Shown here piece by piece: positions 9,621 through 20,645 of a DNA stretch of 32,000 nt (positions within the stretch are counted from its first letter, which is position 1; the number at the start of each line of letters is the position of its first letter). The notes beneath the pieces were generated by a model that made no database searches, was not told the origin of the DNA, and was given only the letters and a program-made list of their open reading frames with translations. Origin of the DNA: Candidatus Saccharimonadota bacterium (GTDB lineage: Bacteria > Pseudomonadota > Gammaproteobacteria > Enterobacterales > Enterobacteriaceae); the NCBI GenBank assembly GCA_049942965.1, contig CP188088.1:240001-272000 (forward strand), given 5' to 3'. The position numbers and the translations under genes were made by a program.

Positions 9621-10367
9621 TTATGCTGGATTATTTATATTTATAAATTTACAATCAAGATTATATTTAGAAAAAATCCAATTGCTTAATTCTAATATTC
9701 CAAACTTTTCACTTGCATGATGTCCTATAGAAAAAAAATGAATATTATTTTCATTAGCACAATGCATTGTATCTTCTGAAATTTCTCCAGTAATATAAGC
9801 GTCTACTTGTAAATTTAACGCTTCATATATATATGACTGACCCTTTCCAGAACACCAAGCAACTGTATTAATTTTTTTCGGAGAATTTTCTCCATAACAA
9901 TAAATAGGTTTTTTACCAAATTTATTTTTGATTAATTCACATAACTTTTCTCCGGAAATATGGTTTTCAAATTTTCCAAAAAGACCAAATTTAGAAAAAG
10001 CACCTAAAATTTTAATATTTAATTTTTTAGCAATTTGAACATTATTCCCAATTTTAGGATGAACATCTAAAGGTAGGTGCCAACTATATAAATTTATATT
10101 GTTGACTAATATTGTTTTAATTCTATTTTTTTTCATTCCTATAATAGATCTACTTTCATTTTTCCAAAAATATCCATGATGTACAATTACAGCATGTGAT
10201 TTTGTTTTTACTGCAAAATCTAATAATTTTTGACAAGCAGTTACTCCAAAAATTATTTTTTTAATTTTAGAGCAACCTTCGATTTGCAAACCATTTGGAG
10301 AAAAATCATTAAAGTTCTTAGAATTTAATTTTTTGTTAATTATATTCTCTAATATAAAATTATTCAT
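9621..10367 (-). CDS. ybgI: NIF3-family metal-binding protein (GTP cyclohydrolase 1 type 2 homolog)
   Basis: 248 aa, colinear with E. coli YbgI: NGLQIEG, AVIVHHGYFWK, NLYSWHLPLD.HP..GNN, GHHASE, ININNPA at the C-terminus. Confidence 0.9.
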   Translation of the reverse strand: MNNFILENIINKKLNSKNFNDFSPNGLQIEGCSKIKKIIFGVTACQKLLDFAVKTKSHAVIVHHGYFWKNESRSIIGMKKNRIKTILVNNINLYSWHLPLDVHPKIGNNVQIAKKLNIKILGAFSKFGLFGKFENHISGEKLCELIKNKFGKKPIYCYGENSPKKINTVAWCSGKGQSYIYEALNLQVDAYITGEISEDTMHCANENNIHFFSIGHHASEKFGILELSNWIFSKYNLDCKFININNPA

Positions 10368-10795
10368 ATGACTTGTCTTTTTAATATTTATTACATATTT
10401 ATATAATAATTTATGTTTTAAAATTAGTTTGTTAAAAAATTTTTCAATTTAAATATTTAATAAAAATATTTTTTTTAAATTAAGATATATTTATTTCGTT
10501 AGTAATAGGTTTACATATATAATAAAAATAATAATTTTAAAAATAAATATTTTTATATATCATTAATCTTTATAAACCGCAATTAATTTATTTATTCTAT
10601 TTTTTGCTGTTTAATATTTTCAATATTTAAAATGTTTTGACAATGCATTAATAAATAAATAAAAAATATGCTAATTAAAATTAATTATTTTTTTATTTTG
10701 AACAAATAAATTTAATCTGATATTTATTTAAACATGTAATTTTAATTAAAATTAAACAATTTAAGCTAAATGACAAGTATAATGAGGTTCTATTT

Positions 10796-11311
10796 GTGAA
10801 AAAAATAGGAATTTTTTATGGTAGTGATACAGGTAATACTGAATCTGTAGCAAATCAAATCAAAGAATGTTTGAAAAACAAAAATTTATCGATTAACGAC
10901 ATATCCAATTGTGAAAAGAAAGATTTAGAAAAATTTTCAACTTTAATTATTGGTTCTCCAACTTGGTATTATGGAGAAATGCAATCAGATTGGGAAGATT
11001 TTTTACCAATTTTAAAAACAATAAATTTTAAAAATAAAAAAATTGCCTTGTTTGGTTGTGGTGATCAAGAAGATTATTCTGAATATTTTTGTGATGCATT
11101 AGGAATATTATATAATATTTTTAAAAATCAAAAAGCTACAATAATAGGAAAATGGGAAAATAAGGATTATTGTTTCGATTCTTCAAAAGCTTTATTAAAT
11201 GACAAATATTTTTGTGGAATGACTATTGATGAAGATAGACAAGCAAAAAAAACAAAAAATAGAATTCAAAAATGGGTTAGCCAAATTGAAACAGAAATAA
11301 ATTCTACTTAA
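10796..11311 (+). CDS. fldA: flavodoxin 1
   Basis: 171 aa. [21 protein letters not shown] and [17 protein letters not shown] are nearly identical to E. coli FldA. The start is a GTG preceded by GAGG (10784-10787), and there is no in-frame ATG upstream. Confidence 0.95.
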   Translation: MKKIGIFYGSDTGNTESVANQIKECLKNKNLSINDISNCEKKDLEKFSTLIIGSPTWYYGEMQSDWEDFLPILKTINFKNKKIALFGCGDQEDYSEYFCDALGILYNIFKNQKATIIGKWENKDYCFDSSKALLNDKYFCGMTIDEDRQAKKTKNRIQKWVSQIETEINST

Positions 11312-11429
11312 TTTTAATTTAATAATAAAAATTATATTAAAAAAATTTAACATAAAAAATTTTTTTAGTTTTAATAGATCTAGTCTTTATTAATTTAAAA
11401 AATTTACATAAAAATGTAAACATTATAAA

Positions 11430-11520
11430 CATCCATTAATATATATCTTTTAGATAAAGAATAAAAATTCAGTTAAATATTTAACTAAATTATATTCTTT
11501 ATAGATTTATTCAATGGATG
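11430..11520. repeat. long imperfect palindrome (nested inverted repeats) in the fldA-gapA convergent spacer
   Basis: The centre is a perfect 16-nt palindrome, agttaaatatttaact (11471-11486). It is flanked by ataaagaata (11454-11463) / tattctttat (11493-11502) with two extra 2-bp pairings between them. The outer pair is catccatt (11430-11437) / aatggatg (11513-11520). About 22 of 24 inner positions pair, with a single bulge. Confidence 0.6.
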
Positions 11521-11544
11521 AATACTATTTTTTTTATAAATCTT

Positions 11545-11578
11545 AAAAAGAATAATGTCATTATTGAATGACATTTTC
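11545..11578 (-). terminator. intrinsic-terminator-like hairpin downstream of gapA
   Basis: The minus strand reads gaa-aatgtcatt / caat / aatgacatt-a-ttc followed immediately by TTTTT. That is a 12-bp stem with a 1-nt bulge and a 4-nt loop. It starts 28 nt after the gapA stop codon (11607-11609). Confidence 0.5.
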
Positions 11579-11606
11579 ACATTTATATTATATAGAATAG
11601 TTTATG

Positions 11607-12629
<1,023 letters not shown>

Positions 12630-12730
12630 TTATTTTAAATTTAACTACTTATTTAAAAAGAAACTTATTTCTTATAATTTAATAATATATTACTAGTGTT
12701 TATTGATTTTTACTAAAAATTATTTTTTTT

Positions 12731-13986
12731 TTATTTAACATTATTTTTATTAATATAACAAATTCCAAAAAAAATTGTTAAGAATCCTAAAATAAAAACA
12801 ATTGATACAGAAAAAAAAATATTTTTTATTTCTAAAGACATAGGAATAAAATTTAAAAAATATATTTCTTTTAAGTTAATTACAGATTGTAGAAAGCAAT
12901 TTATTTTTTTTATAAAATAATAAAAATTATAAACTATAAACAAACTAATTATTATTCCTAAAATTAATCCTTCAATTATAAACCTAAAGCCATAAATATA
13001 GCATATTAATTGAATAACTGAGTTTTGTACACCAATAGATTTTAAGATTTTGATTTCTTTTTGTTTTTTTAATAATAAAATAGTAGAAATAGAAGAAATT
13101 CCAATAGCAGATATTAAAAAAATTAATATAACAACGATATAAATAATTGTCTTCATACTTTTAATATCATAATAAATATATCCATATTTATCCTTCCAAG
13201 TATAAATAGATATATTTTTTTTTTTTATTTTAGACAAAATTAAATTTGATATTTTTTCGGATAAAAAAGGATCTTTGATTTTAATTTCTAATCCAGAATA
13301 TTTATCTTTTTTTATTTTTAAATATTTTTGTAAATCAGTGGTTGGTATAAAAATCATTTTTTTATCAAGAAAACTATTTGACTTAAAAAATCCAATTACT
13401 GTTAATTCTATATTTTTAAAAGAGTTTTTTTTTTTAAATTAGAAACAAATAAATTAATGTGATTTTCTAATTTAATTTTAAGTGATTTTGCTAAATCAAA
13501 TCCTATAATTACTTGATGAGAATTTCTTTTAGTTTTTTTTAATACATTAAAATTTATATATTTATAATTATAATTAGATTTTTTTTTATTGTAAAAATCA
13601 AAATTATTAATTTGAACTGTTTCTATATTTTCCCCGGAATTTAAAATTCCATAAATACGAATATATGGATTTACTTCAATAATATTATTATTTGTTATAG
13701 ATTTAACAACATTTTTGACATGATTAAATTTATAAAAATTATTATTTTGGCATTCTATATTTATATGTCCAACTGTAGATAAAATTTTTTCGTTCAGTTC
13801 TTTTTTAAATCCATTTATAATGCTAAAACTAATTATAAAAACAATCATTCCAAGAATGATCCCAATTTTAGAAATTAATAAAGTTAATTTCTGTATACCA
13901 TTTCGATTTTTTCCTTTATAAAATCTATTAGCAATAAGAAATGATAAAATCAATTTCTTTTTTAAAGAAAAGTTATTTTTTATCAA
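12731..13986 (-). pseudogene. lolE: lipoprotein-release ABC permease LolE; frame broken inside an A11 tract (13425-13435), restored by +1 A
   Basis: The N-terminal ORF (13408..13986) aligns with the E. coli LolE N-terminus (...NGFKKELNEKIL vs NGFERELNNRIL). The C-terminal ORF frame is open back to the tract and reads KKKNSFKNIELTVIGFFKSNSFLDKKMIFIPTTDLQKYL, matching E. coli [30 protein letters not shown]. The two frames meet only within the homopolymer. The apparent start codon is TTG (13986), with an alternative TTG at 13953. Confidence 0.8.
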
Positions 13987-14662
13987 ATAATTCTCCAGAT
14001 ATCATGATTTTTTGTTTAGGAAGACTTTCTGCAAGAAATTCATTATGGGTAACAATAATAAATGAACTTTTATTAATACAATTTAGTTCTTTTAACATAT
14101 TAAAAACTAATTTTGTGTTCTCACTATCTAAATTTCCAGTTGGTTCATCTGCTAAAACTAAACTAGGGTTATTTACTAATGCTCTAGCTATAGCTACTCT
14201 TTGTCTTTCTCCACCAGAAATATTTGAAGGATAATAAGAAATTTTTTTTTTTAATCCAACTAAAGATAAAATTTTTTTTGACTTCATTATAGATTTATTT
14301 ACATTTTCTCCAGAAATCAATAATGGTAAAGATACATTTTCTAATAAGTTAAAATCAAGTAATAAATTATAGTTTTGATATATAAAACCTATTTTTTTAT
14401 TTCTCAACAAAGCTTTTTGATTAGAACTCATTTTTAACATGGATTCCCCATTAAAAAAAATTTCTCCTTTACTGGGAATTTCTAAGGATCCTAATAAATA
14501 TAACAACGTACTTTTTCCAGAACCTGAATTTCCTACTATAGAGATCATATCTCCTTTTTTAATTTTTAAACAAATATTGTTAAGAATATGTTTTTTTTTT
14601 TTATTTAAAATATAATTTTTATAAACATTACAACATTCTAACAAAAATAATTTTTTATTCAT
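13973..14662 (-). CDS. lolD: lipoprotein-release ABC transporter ATP-binding protein
   Basis: 229 aa with Walker A GNSGSGKST, signature ISGGERQRVAIARAL and Walker B LVLADEPTGNLD. It sits between two permease genes as in lolCDE and overlaps both neighbours (8 nt with lolC, 14 nt with lolE). Confidence 0.93.
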   Translation of the reverse strand: MNKKLFLLECCNVYKNYILNKKKKHILNNICLKIKKGDMISIVGNSGSGKSTLLYLLGSLEIPSKGEIFFNGESMLKMSSNQKALLRNKKIGFIYQNYNLLLDFNLLENVSLPLLISGENVNKSIMKSKKILSLVGLKKKISYYPSNISGGERQRVAIARALVNNPSLVLADEPTGNLDSENTKLVFNMLKELNCINKSSFIIVTHNEFLAESLPKQKIMISGELFDKK

Positions 14663-15926
14663 TTGATAATACCTTAATAGGTTTCATTTTAATAACTTTA
14701 AAAAAAGGATATATAATAGAAAAAAAACTAAAAAAAATAGTTATTTTTATAAAAAAAGAAATGTCTGAAATTAAAATAATTGGTTTTATCGTTAATAAAT
14801 CCATATCAGAAAAAATTAATTTCATAAAAAAATTAATTTTTTTAGTAATCAATATTCCAAGCAAACTTCCTAAAGTTAATCCTAAAAAACAATTTATTAA
14901 ATATTGTAAAAAAAATATACAAAAAATATCTCTTTTTTTAATCCCTAAAACCAACAAAATCGAAAAATCTTTTTCTTTTTCAATTATATTTAAATTCGTT
15001 AATATTAAAATATTTATCACTCCTATAAAAAAAACTAAAAGAAATAAAAAACTACTAATTTTTTTTTCTAAAAATATTAAAGAACACAATTCTTTTTCTT
15101 GATCTTTCCAAGTTGTTATTAAAAAATTAATATTTTTATATTTATCTTTAAAATTTTGAGCTAAAAATGGATTTTTTAACCATATTTTCCATTTTAGAGA
15201 CATTTTTTTAATCATATTTGATATTTTTTCATTATTATTTTTATAAAATAAAATAATTTCATTTTGATCAAAATCACTATTTGAAACAAAAAAACCAGAA
15301 AAATAAAAAGAATAATTTTTTGAATAAAAAAAATTATTATTAATTTTAAATTTTGGAAAAAATAAATAAAATTTATCTCCTAAATTAATATTTAAGGATT
15401 TTGCAAGATTTTTATTTAAAAAAATTTCATTTTTTAAATTATTAAATTTCGAATAATAGTAACTATACTGATATTTATTGAAAAGAAATTTGTTTTTTTT
15501 GTTTATTATTATTAAATTTCCAATATCAAAATTATGATCTGTGTAAATTATTATTTTTTTTTCAGACATTGGAATAATTCTATTAATATTATTTTCAAAA
15601 AAGAATTTAGGGATTTTTGTTTTAATATTTATGTCCTTTTTTACAGAAATATTAATATGAGATGATAGATTTAATATGTTAGAAATAATTTTATTATCCA
15701 ATCCATTCATAATAGAAGAAGAGATAATTAATCCAGATATTGAAATAATAATTCCTAAAATGGATATATTATTTATAATATTTCCAAAAAAAAAATTTTT
15801 TTTTTTGAAAAAAAATCTTAATACAATAAAAAAAATAACATTTTTAATGTTGAAATATGTTTTTTTTATGTTCATAATATTTTTTTGAAAAACATTTATT
15901 AATTTAAAAAAAAATATTCTTAACAT
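14655..15926 (-). CDS. lolC: lipoprotein-release ABC permease LolC
   Basis: 423-aa multi-TM FtsX-type permease, first gene of the lolCDE-ordered cluster. The N-terminus aligns with E. coli LolC (VIFFIVLRFF... vs ALFIGLRYM..., ...IMNGLDNKII vs VMNGFERELQ). A second ATG at 15875 gives a length closer to E. coli and may be the true start. The periplasmic loop is very diverged. Confidence 0.85.
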   Translation of the reverse strand: MLRIFFFKLINVFQKNIMNIKKTYFNIKNVIFFIVLRFFFKKKNFFFGNIINNISILGIIISISGLIISSSIMNGLDNKIISNILNLSSHINISVKKDINIKTKIPKFFFENNINRIIPMSEKKIIIYTDHNFDIGNLIIINKKNKFLFNKYQYSYYYSKFNNLKNEIFLNKNLAKSLNINLGDKFYLFFPKFKINNNFFYSKNYSFYFSGFFVSNSDFDQNEIILFYKNNNEKISNMIKKMSLKWKIWLKNPFLAQNFKDKYKNINFLITTWKDQEKELCSLIFLEKKISSFLFLLVFFIGVINILILTNLNIIEKEKDFSILLVLGIKKRDIFCIFFLQYLINCFLGLTLGSLLGILITKKINFFMKLIFSDMDLLTIKPIILISDISFFIKITIFFSFFSIIYPFFKVIKMKPIKVLSNE

Positions 15927-16133
15927 AATTTTATTTTTTTATCAAAAAATAAATATATAAAAATATAATTTTAAATTTCAAAAAAACATTAATAATTTTA
16001 TTAATGTAAGATATATGAAATTTGTTAAACTTAAATTATAAACTTTGAATTATTTCAAACAATATTTTTAAATATTATTAAAAAAAAAATCATATATATA
16101 ATATTCAAATTATAAAAAAGAAAAATAAAAAAA

Positions 16134-18149
16134 TTGGAAATTAATCAAATTGTTGTACATTTGGAACATGGAATAGGTAGATACAAAGGCCTAGTTACAA
16201 TTAAAAATAACGGATTAGAAGGAGAATACTTCGTTATTGAATACGCTGGAAAAACAAAATTGTATGTTCCTGTGTCTTCTTTAAATTTAATTACAAAATA
16301 CGAATACAAAACAAACAAAGATGTTATTTTAAATAAATTAGGTAATGAAAATTGGTCTAAAAACAAAAAAAAAATAATAAAAGAAATTTATGACGATGCT
16401 GCATTACTATTAGATATTTATGCAAATAGAGCTACACAATTAGGATTTTCTTTTATTTTAAATAAAAAAGAATACGATTTTTTTTGTAAGAAATTTCCTT
16501 ATAAATTAACAATTGATCAAAAAAAAACTATTGAAGATGTTGTTAAAGATATGCAAAAACAGCAACCAATGGATCGATTAGTTTGCGGAGATGTAGGATT
16601 TGGTAAAACTGAAGTTGCTATGAGAGCTTGTTTTTTAGCGGTAAATAATAAAAAACAAGTGGTTATTCTTGTACCTACTACGTTGTTAGTACAACAACAT
16701 TATGACAATTTTATTATCCGATTTTCATATCTGAATCTAGAAATAAAAAAATTGTCTAGATTTTGCACTAAAAAAGAAGTTCATCAAGTTTTATCTGGAA
16801 TAAAATCAGGACAAACAAATATTGTTATTACGACACATCAAATATTATTTAAAAATTTAAAATGGTCTAATTTAGGACTTTTAATTATTGATGAAGAACA
16901 TCGATTTGGAGTTTCTCAAAAAGAAAAAATAAAATCTTTATCGTTAAACATTGATATATTAACTTTAACAGCTACTCCAATACCTAGAACTTTAAATATG
17001 GCTATTCATGGAATAAGAGATTTATCTATTATAGCAACTCCTCCTCAGAAAAAAATTCCAGTTAAAACTTTTATTAAAAAATATGATCCTAAGTTAATTC
17101 GAAAAACAATTCTCAAAGAAATAAAAAGAGGAGGTCAAGTTTATTATTTATATAATAAAGTTAAAAGTATAAATAGATTCTCACAAACGTTGTCAAAATT
17201 AGTTCCAGAATCAAAAATAAAAGTAGCACACGGGAAAATGAACAAAAAAGAACTAGAAAAAATTATGAATGATTTTAGGAAACATGTTTTTGATGTTCTA
17301 ATATGTACTACAATTATAGAAACAGGGATTGATATACCTAGAGCTAATACAATGTTGGTACATCAGTCTGATCAATTTGGATTATCTCAATTACATCAAC
17401 TAAGGGGAAGAATAGGAAGAACAAATAAACAATCATATATTTGGTTATTAGTAGAACATTATGAAAGTATTAATTATAATGCAAAAAAAAGATTAGAATC
17501 AATTAGTTTACATCAGAAATTAGGATCAGGATTTGTTTTATCTAAAAAAGATTTAGAAATTCGTGGAATTGGAAAAATGTTAGGAAAAGAACAAAGTGGT
17601 CATATAGAAAGCATTGGATCTGTGCTTTATAAAAAAATCTTAAAAAAAGCTATTTCATCTATTAAAAAAGGAGAAAAATTTTCTTTAAATAAATTATTTC
17701 AATTAAACACAGAAATAGAATTATGCATACCGTCTCTAATTCCTACAAAATATATTGTTAATATTAATCATAGAATTAGTTTTTATAGAAAAATTGCCGT
17801 TTCTAATAACATAGAGACAATAAAGAAAATAAAAAACGACATGATAAAAAAATTTGGAAAAATGCCTATTTTTTCCAAAAATTTGATAAATATTGCTAAA
17901 ATTAGAATTTATGCTAAAAAATTAGGAATAAAAAAAATTCATTTTAATAAAGAAGGCGGTGTTATTCAATTTAATGAAATGAATTTAATTAATTTTAAAA
18001 AATTATTACAAATAATTAATTCAGAACCTAACAAATGGAAAATAGAAAATTCTAAAAAAATCAAATTTTTTAAAAAAATAAACAATGGAAATGAAAGAGT
18101 ATTATGGATAAAAAATTTTTTAAACTTATTAAAAAGAAAAAAATTATAA
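16134..18149 (+). CDS. mfd: transcription-repair coupling factor, N-terminally truncated form (RNAP-interaction domain + SF2 translocase + C-terminal domain only)
   Basis: 671 aa, against about 1148 in E. coli as recalled. The first residues, INQIVVHLEHGIGRYKGL...KLYVPVSSLNLI, align to E. coli Mfd around residue 480 (PVVHLEHGVGRYAGM...KLYVPVSSLHLISRY). The protein continues through GDVGFGKTEVA, IIDEEHRFG, QLRGRIGR and the C-terminal domain. The only start candidate is TTG 16134; the frame has a stop at 16113-16115 and no ATG between. Confidence 0.9.
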   Translation: MEINQIVVHLEHGIGRYKGLVTIKNNGLEGEYFVIEYAGKTKLYVPVSSLNLITKYEYKTNKDVILNKLGNENWSKNKKKIIKEIYDDAALLLDIYANRATQLGFSFILNKKEYDFFCKKFPYKLTIDQKKTIEDVVKDMQKQQPMDRLVCGDVGFGKTEVAMRACFLAVNNKKQVVILVPTTLLVQQHYDNFIIRFSYLNLEIKKLSRFCTKKEVHQVLSGIKSGQTNIVITTHQILFKNLKWSNLGLLIIDEEHRFGVSQKEKIKSLSLNIDILTLTATPIPRTLNMAIHGIRDLSIIATPPQKKIPVKTFIKKYDPKLIRKTILKEIKRGGQVYYLYNKVKSINRFSQTLSKLVPESKIKVAHGKMNKKELEKIMNDFRKHVFDVLICTTIIETGIDIPRANTMLVHQSDQFGLSQLHQLRGRIGRTNKQSYIWLLVEHYESINYNAKKRLESISLHQKLGSGFVLSKKDLEIRGIGKMLGKEQSGHIESIGSVLYKKILKKAISSIKKGEKFSLNKLFQLNTEIELCIPSLIPTKYIVNINHRISFYRKIAVSNNIETIKKIKNDMIKKFGKMPIFSKNLINIAKIRIYAKKLGIKKIHFNKEGGVIQFNEMNLINFKKLLQIINSEPNKWKIENSKKIKFFKKINNGNERVLWIKNFLNLLKRKKL

Positions 18150-18229
18150 ATTGTTTAAAAAAAATTAAATTTAATTAAATTTAACATAAAATAATAAACA
18201 TTCATTTAAAATAATTAAGATTATAAAAT

Positions 18230-19234
18230 ATGAAACAAGTTTTATATATATCTTCTCCACAAGAACGTTGCATAGAAGTATGGGATCTTTCAAAAGAAGG
18301 TAGTTTATCTTTATTACAAACAGTAAAAACATATGGTGAAGTTCAACCTTTAACAATTTCTAGAAAAAAAAATTTATTATATGCAGGAATTAGACCTAAT
18401 TGTGCAATTGTAACTTACAAAATTAACAAGAACGGATTATTAAAAATAGTACATATAACACCAATAAAAAACACACCAAACTATATTTCTATCGACAAAA
18501 ATAATGAAATTTTATTATGTAGTTCATATGGTTCAAACACTTTAATTTTATGTGAAATTAATAAGTTTGGAATTCCTAAACAACCAAAGAATTTTTTTAA
18601 AAATATATTTGGATGTCATTCAGTTGTTTTTTCTAATAATAATAATTATGTTTTTACAACGTCACTTAAATCAGATAAAATTTATTTTTTCATTTTTAAA
18701 AACAAAAAAATTTTTTTAAATCCTATTCAACCAATTCTACAATCGAAAATAAACTCTGGTCCTAGACACATAATATGTAGCAAATTAAATAATCAACTTT
18801 TTTATTCTATAAATGAACTGAACAGCACAGTTGATGTATGGTCTATTTCCGTAAAAAACCACACAGTGAATTTAGTTCAAACAGTAAAAATAATTGATTT
18901 TTCAAACAATTCTGATAAAGCCTGGGGTTCTGAAATTAAAATTTCTCCGTGCGAAAATTATTTATATGCAGCTGATAGATCAAAAAGTATTATTTCTGTT
19001 TTTTTTATAAATAAAAAAACAAAAATATTAAAAAAAATAACACAATTTTCTACAGAACAACAACCAAGATCATTTGATATAGATAAAAATGGGAAATTTT
19101 TAATATCTGCTGGACAAATTTCAAATTATATTAGTATTTATAAAATATCAAAAAATACAGGTTTCATTCGATTAATTAATAGATATAAAACTAAAAAAGG
19201 TCCTTTATGGACTTTAATTTATAAAATTAATTAA
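18230..19234 (+). CDS. pgl: 6-phosphogluconolactonase (YbhE type, beta-propeller)
   Basis: 334 aa. MKQVLYISSPQERCIEVW matches E. coli MKQTVYIASPESQQIHVW. GPRHI, NELNSTVDVW and QPRSFDID match E. coli Pgl. Confidence 0.92.
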   Translation: MKQVLYISSPQERCIEVWDLSKEGSLSLLQTVKTYGEVQPLTISRKKNLLYAGIRPNCAIVTYKINKNGLLKIVHITPIKNTPNYISIDKNNEILLCSSYGSNTLILCEINKFGIPKQPKNFFKNIFGCHSVVFSNNNNYVFTTSLKSDKIYFFIFKNKKIFLNPIQPILQSKINSGPRHIICSKLNNQLFYSINELNSTVDVWSISVKNHTVNLVQTVKIIDFSNNSDKAWGSEIKISPCENYLYAADRSKSIISVFFINKKTKILKKITQFSTEQQPRSFDIDKNGKFLISAGQISNYISIYKISKNTGFIRLINRYKTKKGPLWTLIYKIN

Positions 19235-19504
19235 TAATTTAAATAAAAATTATTAATATAAAGAATATTTTCATACAGTCATTAACTTTAATAAAAAATT
19301 CAAACTTAATTTTTTAAAATTTTAAAATTATAAAAAATAAAAATTATATTTTTTTAAATAAAGAAAATAAAAAATTCATAATTTTTTAACAAAATACTTA
19401 AATTAGAAAATGTTCTATTTTTTTTAGTTATAAAAAATATTTAGAAAATATATCTTTTTATTACAAAGATATATTTGTAAGATATAAAAAATTTGGAATA
19501 TATT

Positions 19505-20533
19505 ATGAAAAAATGTTGGAATTATGAAAAAGCAATTGAATTAACACAAAAACCATTTTTTAATTTAATGTTTGAAGCTCAACAAGTACATAGAAAACAT
19601 TTTAATCCTCAAGAAATACAAATTAGTACTTTGCTTTCTATAAAAACCGGATCTTGTCCTGAAGATTGTAAATATTGTCCTCAAAGCTCTAGATACAAAA
19701 CAGAAATTAAAAAAGAATCATTACTTAAAATAAAAGATGTCATCAATGCTGCTAAAAAAGCAAAATCGATTGGATCGACTAGATTTTGTATGGGAGCAGC
19801 ATGGAAAAATCCAAAAAATAGAGATATTCCATATTTACAAAAAATTATCAAAGAAATCAAAAAATTAGGGCTTGAAACATGCATGACTTTAGGGTCATTA
19901 ACAGAAATTCAAGCAAATAAATTAGCAATTGCCGGTTTAGATTTTTATAATCATAATTTAGATACTTCAAGAGAGTTTTATAAAAAAATTATAACAACTA
20001 GACATTATGACGAAAGAATAACTACAATTAATTTTGTACAAAAATATGGAATAAAGGTTTGTTCTGGAGGAATTTTAGGAATGGGGGAAAAATTAGAAGA
20101 TAGAATTAAATTGTTAGTGGAATTATCCAACTTTAAAAAAAATCCAGAAAGTATTCCAATTAATATGTTAGTTCCTGTTCCAGGAACACCATTAGAAAAA
20201 AATAACAAAATTGATCCTTTTGATTTTATTAAAATAGTAGCAATTACTAGAATTATGATGCCAACTTCTTATATTCGTCTTTCAGCTGGAAGAAAACAAA
20301 TGAATAGTCAAACTCAAGCTATGTGTTTTATGGCAGGTGTTAATTCTATATTTTATGGATGTAAATTATTAACTACGGCTAACCCAAACGAAAAAGATGA
20401 TCTAAATTTGTTTAAAAAACTAAACTTAAAAATTCAAAGAAATACAATAAAAGAAAAAAATAACAAAGAAAAAATAAATTTTTTAGATTCTTCTTTAACA
20501 AACAAACAAAATTTTTATAATGCAGCCTTATAA
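19505..20533 (+). CDS. bioB: biotin synthase (radical SAM)
   Basis: The radical-SAM motif [11 protein letters not shown] is present. [21 protein letters not shown] and RLSAGR are nearly colinear with E. coli BioB, ending ...YNAAL. I place the start at ATG 19505. The track start at 19493 is a TTG that adds 4 residues. Confidence 0.95.
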   Translation: MKKCWNYEKAIELTQKPFFNLMFEAQQVHRKHFNPQEIQISTLLSIKTGSCPEDCKYCPQSSRYKTEIKKESLLKIKDVINAAKKAKSIGSTRFCMGAAWKNPKNRDIPYLQKIIKEIKKLGLETCMTLGSLTEIQANKLAIAGLDFYNHNLDTSREFYKKIITTRHYDERITTINFVQKYGIKVCSGGILGMGEKLEDRIKLLVELSNFKKNPESIPINMLVPVPGTPLEKNNKIDPFDFIKIVAITRIMMPTSYIRLSAGRKQMNSQTQAMCFMAGVNSIFYGCKLLTTANPNEKDDLNLFKKLNLKIQRNTIKEKNNKEKINFLDSSLTNKQNFYNAAL

Positions 20534-20611
20534 TTTTATAAATAATTTTTAATAAAAATATTTTTTATTTATTATATTTTCTTTTAAATTTAAATTTAAA
20601 TTTTTTTATCT

Positions 20612-20645
20612 AAATATCTCTTCCTTTAATAAGGAGAGATATTTT
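20612..20645 (+). terminator. G:C-containing hairpin plus T4 between convergent bioB and glyA
   Basis: aaatatctc(t)tcc (20612-20624) pairs with ggagagatattt (20633-20644). That gives 12 bp with a 1-nt bulge, five G:C pairs and an 8-nt loop, with the T-run continuing to 20645. It is the most G:C-rich structure I saw in any spacer here. The mirror-image hairpin on the minus strand lies about 100 nt past the glyA stop. Confidence 0.55.

Noticed and set aside
10778-10783. Perfect TATAAT 13 nt before the fldA GTG, and a perfect TTGACA at 10637-10642
   Set aside because: The TATAAT overlaps the SD region, so a transcript from it would lack the ribosome-binding site. The TTGACA has only a weak -10 partner (taaaaa). 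Hexamer matches are unreliable at this A/T content, so I report no promoter.
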